Source of the DNA: an uncultured virus (IMG/VR IMGVR_UViG_2675903599_000007)
Taxonomy: Duplodnaviria; Heunggongvirae; Uroviricota; Caudoviricetes
Strand: one strand, 5' to 3'
DNA length: 20,000 nucleotides
IMG/VR virus record: IMGVR_UViG_2675903599_000007
The translations under genes were made by a program, and so were the position numbers. The notes under the pieces were generated by a model, which saw nothing but the letters and a program-made list of their open reading frames with translations, searched no databases and was not told the origin of the DNA. Below are positions 5,622-12,936 of this stretch, piece after piece (positions within the stretch are counted from its first letter, which is position 1; every line of letters starts with the position of its first letter).

Positions 5622-8573
5622 ATGGCGAGCATAAAAGAATTGCCGCGCTGGGAAGATGAGGTCTATCAGATCGCGCGTGGTGATAAAGTAGAAGGTGGTG
5701 TCGGTGGTATAGCGAATATGCAGGCGAAGACGCTGGCAGAACGTACCCGGTATCTAAAAAACGTTGTTGAATCTATTCCGGATTACCGCGAATTCACATT
5801 TTATAAAACTGAAAATGATCCGGAAGGAAAGTTAGCTGGAATCGCTGAAACCCATGACGGCCAGCTATTTCGTGTTGCTCAGGGGATCGATAGCGAAAAC
5901 TCTTTTATCTATTATCGGAATGATGATGGTGATGCTGTTCCGGTTGCATGGCAGCCTGGCACAGAGTTAGTCAAAATATTGAGCAACCTGATTAGTGATC
6001 AGGGAGATAACCCATTTTCTGTCGTTTTCGATAATGGGCTTTCTCCGTTGGGCTATAAAAATGGACGCTTATACGCTGATGAATTTGAAAAGCTATACTC
6101 CTCAGATTCCGGGTTAGAGTTTGGTGGCAGCATAATTGATAATAATCCTCCAGAAGGTTGGAGATTTGTTATTTACTACCGCAACGGGTTAGTGATGTGT
6201 GGTCAAAAAGATGACGGCACAATGATCGGTTTTGGTGAGGGGGGGAGCGGTGGCGGTTCTATTGAACCAGGTGATACAGCTCCTGACTATGATTCAATTC
6301 GAATGTATTCAGGTACAGCGACAGTGCGTGACGTAGTTGGGAAACGCGCTGGCGGTCGTTTTGTTGTTAATCCGGATGACACCACATCGGAGGAGATCCC
6401 CGGAGGGATACTGGTCGATGTGCTGGGGCGTCGATGGTATCGACAGGCTGATTTTGTTTCCTATGATATGTTTCTTGCGCCGCGAATACCCGCAGCGACT
6501 CTGTTGTCCGTACAGGTTGCACTGGCAATGGGGAACAGGTCATCAGCAATAGCATACCTCGCAGGAGTGGAGGCAGCAGATAAAGCTATCCAGGCGGCTC
6601 ACCGCTTTGCGAACATCATGAAAATCCCCGTACGTCAGAATGACGGTGCATTCCTGATGTTGGTTGATCATGAAGCAGAAGTACGAACAAATACCGACCT
6701 GTCAGGGGCGATAATTCTTACCTCTGCAAATTCCGGTGTGAACGAGATACGCTGGGGACCTTTACGACTGCTTGACCCTTCAGCACCTGAACCGATGCGC
6801 ATGTTCAACATAAAAGGTAAACCGCGTATTGAACTGACAGCTGAAGAGTTAGCGACATTTAACGCAACGTATTCAAAGTATCTGAAAAAAGGCTCTCAGT
6901 ACCTGCCTTATCCGAAACTGTACGCGTATTACGGTGGGATGTTCTATGCGCTGTCGCATGAAGTGGAAATTTACCGCAATGGAGAAAGGAATAAGCCGCG
7001 TGACCGCGTGTTATACCGAGAGTTTTCACGTATTGGAAAAAATGGCGCATTGACCGAGAGGATTGTGAAAGACATTCCAGACGGGACGATTGGATATGCC
7101 GCCATTATACAGAAAGAAGATGATTTTCTGGAATTTAAATGCCCGCATTTTATTGAACTGGGCGACAGTCGTCGATTCCTGAATATCGAAGTCTCCAGGC
7201 CGATGGTGCGCATTAAAAATCTGGTGCATACGTCATGGCAGACTAACGCAACAAGCCTCGAAAGCCGCGTGGTTATTTCTGCGCGAGAGGTTTTTGACGT
7301 ATTTTGCGAATACGGAGAAACCACTTGTCACCCGGCCGAGAACGGTTCATATGTCATTTGCATTCGTGATACCTGTAACGTGCATATCGATAACTATTAC
7401 GGACTGCATGGCTGGGGGTTACAGGGGCATCACGGAATAAAGGGTTTATACGGCAACAGAAATACGTTTAACCGCGTTGATTTCCACAGCTTCGGGTACG
7501 ATGTTTTCTTCAAAGATCTGACTGTGAAAGGCAGGCAAATCAACCTGCAGGGAGGTAATGAGTGGTCGATAGAGAAACTTCGGCTGTATATCACCCGTAC
7601 CAGTGGCGATGCAGTGGAGTATTTCCTTAACTACGCCATCGGCATGAGGCAGGACTATGCCAGTGACTGTGATGGCATTCTCAATATTGATGGTGTCACG
7701 GTGATGTGGGACAGAGGGCTACCCGCATGGTACAACACGACCCGGTCATTTGACCTTGTCAGAATTATCGATACAGCCAACTCTCTTGATCAGGGGATTG
7801 ACAGCAAATTACCCCCCGTTATCAGAATTCGCAATGTCGTGTTTGACCTTGCCGGCATCCAGACCGGAAGACCGAATGACAATTTTGAGTTCTGCGCTGT
7901 TACGGCCTTACGTTCTCAGTTTACCGACTACTCGGTAACCGGACGTAAAACGCTGCTACCCGACAATATCACCGTTGACGGAATGACAGCTATTAACGTT
8001 CAGCCCACGCAGAACGCGGTGATGTGCGGCATCAAATTGCCTGCCGACCTCTATCAGAACACTGTGGGCTCACGCAACAAAAAGGGCAGCGACGGGACGA
8101 ACGCCCGCATAACGCTGCGCAACCTGCACAGCGTTATCAACAATCCGTCTATCGAGCTGGCTGCAGCCCAGACCGTCGATATTCCGGGAAACGCGGCAAC
8201 CTGGACCGCTGATTACCTGAACAGTGATTACAGCTGGATACCGCGGATTATCCTGGAAAATTGTATCCCGGCAATTATCCATGCTCCTGGCGCAAAAGCT
8301 GTTGTCGATATTCATGGCGGCAAGCTGGCGCGGGTCTACACCAACGGCAATAGCAACCGCTGCCGGGTCACTGGTGCTGATATTGAGCTGATACCTGATG
8401 CGGCGGGTGTGACCTATTTCGCAGCAGATAAAACGCTGGTGACGGGCTGTTCATGGCTGAACCCGGCCAGTGGTGCAACCTATCCAGGTACGTTACGTGG
8501 TTCAGGAAACGAAATGATCGGAGAAAGTGCTAAAGCACCAAACCTTCCTGCAAAAGCTTTTATTGAGGAATAA
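5622..8573 (+). CDS. Large tailspike / receptor-binding protein, putative polysaccharide depolymerase (983 aa)
   Basis: Start MASIKELPRW at 5622 after GAGGA. It has a fibre-type N-terminal anchor (GGVGGIANMQAKTLAERTRYLK), a Gly linker, a tailspike neck-like motif (GGRFVVNPDDTTS...GGILVDVLGRRWYR), ADKAIQAA resembling a beta-helix N-cap, and then alternating beta-strand-like sequence. The enzymatic function is inference. Confidence 0.75.
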   Translation: MASIKELPRWEDEVYQIARGDKVEGGVGGIANMQAKTLAERTRYLKNVVESIPDYREFTFYKTENDPEGKLAGIAETHDGQLFRVAQGIDSENSFIYYRNDDGDAVPVAWQPGTELVKILSNLISDQGDNPFSVVFDNGLSPLGYKNGRLYADEFEKLYSSDSGLEFGGSIIDNNPPEGWRFVIYYRNGLVMCGQKDDGTMIGFGEGGSGGGSIEPGDTAPDYDSIRMYSGTATVRDVVGKRAGGRFVVNPDDTTSEEIPGGILVDVLGRRWYRQADFVSYDMFLAPRIPAATLLSVQVALAMGNRSSAIAYLAGVEAADKAIQAAHRFANIMKIPVRQNDGAFLMLVDHEAEVRTNTDLSGAIILTSANSGVNEIRWGPLRLLDPSAPEPMRMFNIKGKPRIELTAEELATFNATYSKYLKKGSQYLPYPKLYAYYGGMFYALSHEVEIYRNGERNKPRDRVLYREFSRIGKNGALTERIVKDIPDGTIGYAAIIQKEDDFLEFKCPHFIELGDSRRFLNIEVSRPMVRIKNLVHTSWQTNATSLESRVVISAREVFDVFCEYGETTCHPAENGSYVICIRDTCNVHIDNYYGLHGWGLQGHHGIKGLYGNRNTFNRVDFHSFGYDVFFKDLTVKGRQINLQGGNEWSIEKLRLYITRTSGDAVEYFLNYAIGMRQDYASDCDGILNIDGVTVMWDRGLPAWYNTTRSFDLVRIIDTANSLDQGIDSKLPPVIRIRNVVFDLAGIQTGRPNDNFEFCAVTALRSQFTDYSVTGRKTLLPDNITVDGMTAINVQPTQNAVMCGIKLPADLYQNTVGSRNKKGSDGTNARITLRNLHSVINNPSIELAAAQTVDIPGNAATWTADYLNSDYSWIPRIILENCIPAIIHAPGAKAVVDIHGGKLARVYTNGNSNRCRVTGADIELIPDAAGVTYFAADKTLVTGCSWLNPASGATYPGTLRGSGNEMIGESAKAPNLPAKAFIEE

Positions 8574-8576
8574 TAA

Positions 8577-9308
8577 ATGGGAAACGGAACGCGTATTTTA
8601 CTTAACTCGGACGGTGTTATTACTAACTGGGAAAAGCAATATTTTGAACCAGTAAAGTCACCACTGGCAGCAATTGCAAACCCGATCGTGGCTTTTGATT
8701 TACTGACTCCTGTAGATAACTCACGACATGGTTTCAGCGTGCAGCAAGGTGTGCAGATCCTGAAAGGGTATGGACTTGAATTTCCTGGTTCCGCCGGTAG
8801 CCAGACTACGTTTGCAAAGTCCGGACTGTCCGGACTGTCTTTTCTTACTGCATTTCGGTTAAGCGCAGTTGATGTATTTCAGTACGTGCTTGACTGCAGG
8901 GATCTGACACCAGGTACAGGCCATGGTTACGCCATTACGTTTAACCCTGCCGGTCAGCGGCTTGAGCTTCGTGTCGGCTGGCCTGACGGTAGTCAGGGTA
9001 TCTATTTTCAGGAAGGTAAGACGATTGTTGCGGGGCAATGGTATGTGGCATGCGGTGTCATTTCTCCTAACCGCAATCACAAATTAACGTTGTCAGATGG
9101 GACTGCAATTGCTGCAAGCCCTGCGGGTTATCTGTTAAACGTGGCGGGAAACAAGCTAATGCTGGGTGCCAGTGCTGCCGGTTCATCAATGATGAAAGGT
9201 GATCTGGCTTTCTTTGGTGCATGGGAAAAAGAATTTACCGCAGGCGACACTCTGACGGCTGTCGCGCTGGGTAAAAACATCATGGCTTTAAGAGGGCAGG
9301 CAGTATGA
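8577..9308 (+). CDS. Probable LamG/concanavalin A-like jelly-roll protein (tail-associated)
   Basis: The pattern GQWYVACGVI...LMLGAS...MKGDLAFFGAWEKEFT resembles the LamG-like C-terminal consensus. GAGGA RBS, starting 3 nt after the tailspike stop. Confidence 0.6.
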   Translation: MGNGTRILLNSDGVITNWEKQYFEPVKSPLAAIANPIVAFDLLTPVDNSRHGFSVQQGVQILKGYGLEFPGSAGSQTTFAKSGLSGLSFLTAFRLSAVDVFQYVLDCRDLTPGTGHGYAITFNPAGQRLELRVGWPDGSQGIYFQEGKTIVAGQWYVACGVISPNRNHKLTLSDGTAIAASPAGYLLNVAGNKLMLGASAAGSSMMKGDLAFFGAWEKEFTAGDTLTAVALGKNIMALRGQAV

Positions 9309-9508
9309 CAACCGTAGAAGTACGCATTGAAACAGTTAATGGCAGCATGGTCACTTTTTCGCGTGTATCTGAAAACTGGGTAAATCTGAACCAGTACGAA
9401 CGGGATGACATTATCAGCGGATGGATAAATGAGGATAAAAACAGCCAGGCCGCATTATCGGCTAGTGATGGATATACCCTGAGCTATCACGTTTTAGCTC
9501 AAGAATAG
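9305..9508 (+). CDS. Small acidic hypothetical protein (67 aa)
   Basis: ATGA overlap with the upstream stop and an upstream GAGGGCAGG RBS-like sequence; it fills the gap before the H-like gene. Confidence 0.6.
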   Translation: MTTVEVRIETVNGSMVTFSRVSENWVNLNQYERDDIISGWINEDKNSQAALSASDGYTLSYHVLAQE

Positions 9509-9537
9509 CCGAGGCGCCAGACAGAAAAGGATAAGAG

Positions 9538-10614
9538 ATGAGCACAGCCTTTTATACAAAACTGACCGCGGCGGGAGTTAATGCCATGACTCGCGCAGTC
9601 ATGAATAATGAACCAATCTCTATTACTGAAATGGCTGTTGGAGATGGTGGCGGTAATAATATTAATCCTGACGGAATGCAGGGACTAGTTAATGAAGTTT
9701 ACCGCGCTCCGTTAAACAGGCTGGTTATTGCTGATCTGGACAGAAATGTCATCCGGGCAGAAATGCTGATGATGCCCCAGGTTGGCGGATGGTGGCTGCG
9801 TGAAGCGGCGTTATTTGATGACAGAGGGATCTGTCTGGCCGTAGCAAGTTTACCTCCATCCTATAAGCCATTGCTGGAACAAGGGGCAGGGCGTATGAGC
9901 ACGGTGAATATTTACATCACCGTCAACAATATTGCCGATGTGCAACTAATTACTGACCCGGCGATCATTCTGGCAACGATAACTGAGGTTGATAAGGCTA
10001 AGGGTGAGGCAAAGGATTACGCCGACGAAATTGTAGGTAACTTAGACAAGAATATTCAGCAGGTGATTGCTGATGCTATAACGGCGGCAAAGCGAGATTT
10101 CTGGGAAGATGATAATCCGGTTGGCACCACCCGCTTTTTTAACCAGAACCTCAATCCCAATGAGCGCTGGCCGTGGTCGCAATGGGTGTACACCGGCGAA
10201 AACAAAACGATCCGCGTCGGCAGGGCTGACGGTTCGGACGTCGGGCAGACAGGCGGCAGCGATACTGTCACACTCCAGCAGGCTAACCTGCCCGCTGTGC
10301 AGGTTAACGTCAGTGGCGAAACCAGTGAACTCCCCGGGCAGGAGCTGACCACCAGGGAGGCGGGACGGCATAAACACAAAGGCGGAATGCTCGCCCCTGG
10401 CGAGGCCTGGGATGATAATTACATAGTCGGTTCGGATAACGACAGCCGCCGCACCAGAAATTATACGGATGAGGTGGCCGATCATAGCCATATTGTGGAC
10501 TTGCCAGCCCACAAACACACGACCACCGGCAAAACCGATAACCTCGGTGAAGGGAAATCATTCAGCGTGGTTGAAGCCCACACACTGCTGATGTGCTGGA
10601 GCCGCGTTGCCTGA
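9538..10614 (+). CDS. H: Short gpH-like tail fibre (P2 H N-terminal domain, collar, HxH-containing tip)
   Basis: ITEMAVGDGGG, LVNEVYRAPLN, VGGWWLREAALFD and SYKPLLEQGAGR match the P2 H N-terminus. PVGTTRFF and GQTGGSDTVTL are collar-like. HKH/HSH/HKH motifs occur near the end, which reads CWSRVA. Confidence 0.85.
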   Translation: MSTAFYTKLTAAGVNAMTRAVMNNEPISITEMAVGDGGGNNINPDGMQGLVNEVYRAPLNRLVIADLDRNVIRAEMLMMPQVGGWWLREAALFDDRGICLAVASLPPSYKPLLEQGAGRMSTVNIYITVNNIADVQLITDPAIILATITEVDKAKGEAKDYADEIVGNLDKNIQQVIADAITAAKRDFWEDDNPVGTTRFFNQNLNPNERWPWSQWVYTGENKTIRVGRADGSDVGQTGGSDTVTLQQANLPAVQVNVSGETSELPGQELTTREAGRHKHKGGMLAPGEAWDDNYIVGSDNDSRRTRNYTDEVADHSHIVDLPAHKHTTTGKTDNLGEGKSFSVVEAHTLLMCWSRVA

Positions 10615-10633
10615 TAAATCCCGGTATCAGTCT

Positions 10634-10654
10634 GCCCCGATAAGGGGCTTTTTT
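10634..10654 (+). terminator. Rho-independent terminator of the V-H operon
   Basis: GCCCC-GATAA-GGGGC hairpin followed by TTTTTT, ~20 nt after the H stop. Confidence 0.8.
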
Positions 10655-10663
10655 CTGTCTGCG

Positions 10664-10730
10664 GTTGTGCCATTGACGGTACAACGGCCATCAACGGCTT
10701 GCGGTGCATGATTTCCCTACCATGGGTGAA
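10664..10730 (+). promoter_or_regulatory. P2-type late promoter pF with Ogr binding site
   Basis: GTTGT...ACAAC with TGT(10666)-N12-ACA(10681) and a -10-like TACCAT at 10718-10723; same geometry as pV. Confidence 0.8.
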
Positions 10731-10752
10731 CCCCTAAACAGGAGATTCATTC

Positions 10753-11925
10753 ATGGCGCAAGACTATCACCATGGCGTGCGTGTTGTTGAAGTTAACGAC
10801 GGCACCCGCTCTATCACGACGGTGAGCACGGCGATTGTGGGCATGGTATGCACCGGCGATGATGCCGATGCCTCAGTGTTCCCGCTCAATAAGCCGGTTC
10901 TGCTTACCGATGTACTGACCGCCAGCGGTAAAGCGGGCGAGTCCGGCACGCTGGCCCGCTCACTGGATGCCATCGCAGACCAGGCAAAACCCGTCACCGT
11001 TGTGGTGCGTGTTGCCCAGGGCGAAACCGAAGCGGAAACCACCTCCAATATTATCGGCGGCGTAACCGCTGACGGTAAGAAAACGGGCATCAAAGCGCTG
11101 CTTTCGGCGCAGTCGCAGCTGGGTTTAAAGCCGCGCATTCTTGGTGTGCCGGGCCATGACACGCAGGCTGTTTCCACTGAACTGTTAAGCGTGGCGCAGA
11201 GCCTGCGCGGCTTTGCGTACCTGTCTGCCTACGGTTGTAAAACCGTGGAAGAAGCGATTGCCTACCGCGAAAATTTCAGTCAGCGAGAAGGGATGCTGAT
11301 CTGGCCTGATTTCATCAACTTTGACACGGTGCTGCAGGCGGATGCGACTGCTTACGCCACTGCCCGCGCGCTGGGTCTGCGTGCAAAAATCGACGAGCAG
11401 ACCGGCTGGCACAAAACCCTTTCTAACGTGGGCGTCAACGGCGTAACCGGCTTGTCTGCGGATGTGTTCTGGGATCTGCAGGACCCGGCAACCGATGCCG
11501 GACTGCTGAACCAGAACGACGTCACCACCTTGATCCGCAAGGATGGTTTCCGCTTCTGGGGTTCCCGCTGCCTGAGCGATGACCCGTTATTCCAGTTTGA
11601 AAACTACACCCGTACCGCGCAGGTGCTGGCAGACACCATGGCGGAGGCGCATATGTGGGCGGTGGACATGCCGCTTAACCCTTCGCTGGCTCGCGACATT
11701 ATCGAAGGTATCCGCGCCAAAATGCGCAGCCTGGTAAATCAGGGCTACCTCATTGGCGGTGATTGCTGGATTGATGACAGTGTGAATGACAAAGACACGC
11801 TGAAAGCCGGGAAACTCTGGATCGACTACGACTATACGCCAGTGCCTCCACTGGAAAACCTGATGCTGCGCCAGCGCATCACTGACCGTTACCTGGTGGA
11901 TTTCACCACCCGCGTAAGCGCATAA
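10753..11925 (+). CDS. FI: Major tail sheath protein gpFI
   Basis: [41 protein letters not shown] and [12 protein letters not shown] motifs. Confidence 0.97.
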   Translation: MAQDYHHGVRVVEVNDGTRSITTVSTAIVGMVCTGDDADASVFPLNKPVLLTDVLTASGKAGESGTLARSLDAIADQAKPVTVVVRVAQGETEAETTSNIIGGVTADGKKTGIKALLSAQSQLGLKPRILGVPGHDTQAVSTELLSVAQSLRGFAYLSAYGCKTVEEAIAYRENFSQREGMLIWPDFINFDTVLQADATAYATARALGLRAKIDEQTGWHKTLSNVGVNGVTGLSADVFWDLQDPATDAGLLNQNDVTTLIRKDGFRFWGSRCLSDDPLFQFENYTRTAQVLADTMAEAHMWAVDMPLNPSLARDIIEGIRAKMRSLVNQGYLIGGDCWIDDSVNDKDTLKAGKLWIDYDYTPVPPLENLMLRQRITDRYLVDFTTRVSA

Positions 11926-11934
11926 GGGGGACCC

Positions 11935-12450
11935 ATGGCCTTACCACGCAAGTTAAAACACCTGAATATTTTTAATGCCGGTAACAACTGGATGGGCATT
12001 GCTGAATCCGTCACCCTGCCGAAATTCACCCGCAAGCTGGAAAACTACCGCGGCGGCGGTATGCCCGGTTCAGTCGGTATTGATCTGGGGCTGGATGATG
12101 GCGCGCTGGATACGGAAATGACCATCGGCGGCACTGAGGCGCTTCTGTTTAAACAGATGGGCAAAGCCACGGTGGACGGCGTGCAGCTGCGCTTTACCGG
12201 GTCTATTCAGCGTGACGACACCGGCGAAGTTCAGGCCGTTGAGCTGGTCGTCCGTGGGCGCCACAAAGAGGTGGATTCCGGCGAGTGGAAAACCGGCGAG
12301 AGCAATTCCACCAAGGTCAGCAGCGTTAACTGTTACGCGAAGCTGACCATTAACGGTGAAGTGCTCTATGAGGTCGATGCGATCAACATGATTGAAGTTG
12401 TTGATGGTGTTGACCTGATGGAAGAACACCGTAACGCCATCGGTCTGTAA
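11935..12450 (+). CDS. FII: Major tail tube protein gpFII
   Basis: MALPRKLK...LPKFTRKLENYRGGGM...HRNAIGL. Confidence 0.97.
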   Translation: MALPRKLKHLNIFNAGNNWMGIAESVTLPKFTRKLENYRGGGMPGSVGIDLGLDDGALDTEMTIGGTEALLFKQMGKATVDGVQLRFTGSIQRDDTGEVQAVELVVRGRHKEVDSGEWKTGESNSTKVSSVNCYAKLTINGEVLYEVDAINMIEVVDGVDLMEEHRNAIGL

Positions 12451-12502
12451 TTTTTTCCTGGCGCGCGAGGTCGCGCCAGCCAACCCATAACAGGAAAAGA
12501 GC

Positions 12503-12802
12503 ATGAGTGAGAAAACAGAAGCAACGGTGAAACTGGATAGCCCGATTAAGCGTGGTGATACCACGATTACGGAAATTATGCTGCGTAAGCCGCAATCCGG
12601 CGCGCTGCGCGGTACGCGACTGCAGGCGGTGATGGAGATGGACGTGGCCTCAATGATGACCGTGATCCCCCGCATCTCCACGCCAACGCTGACCCCGCAG
12701 GAAATGGCGGACCTCGACCCGGCAGACCTGGCCGCGATGTCTGTCGAGGTGGTCCTTTTTTTGTTGCCGAAGTCGGCACTTGCCGATTTGCCGACAGCCT
12801 GA
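12503..12802 (+). CDS. E: Tail assembly chaperone gpE
   Basis: LDSPIKRG...LRKPQSGALRG...PRISTP...LDPADL; ends just after the T7G slippery site. Confidence 0.93.
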   Translation: MSEKTEATVKLDSPIKRGDTTITEIMLRKPQSGALRGTRLQAVMEMDVASMMTVIPRISTPTLTPQEMADLDPADLAAMSVEVVLFLLPKSALADLPTA

Positions 12803-12936
12803 CGGTAGATGACCTGGTGGCGGATATCGCCACGATCTTTCACTGGCCGCCGTCCGTCACTGACGTTATGCCGCTGACGGAAGTGCTGGAGTGGCGGCAC
12901 AGAGCGATAATGCGTAGCGGGGCCAGCGATGAGTGA
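12756..12936 (+). CDS. E': E' extension (gpE+E') produced by programmed -1 frameshift
   Basis: TTTTTTTG at 12756-12763. The -1 frame reads VAEVGTCRFADSLTVDDLVADIATIFHWPPSVTDVMPLTEVLEWRHRAIMRSGASDE* (TGA 12934-12936), with the ADIATIFHWPP signature. Confidence 0.9.

Noticed and set aside
8820..8839. TCCGGACTG tandem duplication
   Set aside because: An in-frame 9-bp duplication (SGLSGLS), too short to imply phase variation.
5622..10752. Possible invertible segment or diversity-generating retroelement in the fibre region
   Set aside because: No invertase or reverse transcriptase, no inverted fibre fragments, and no long template/variable repeat pair visible by eye.
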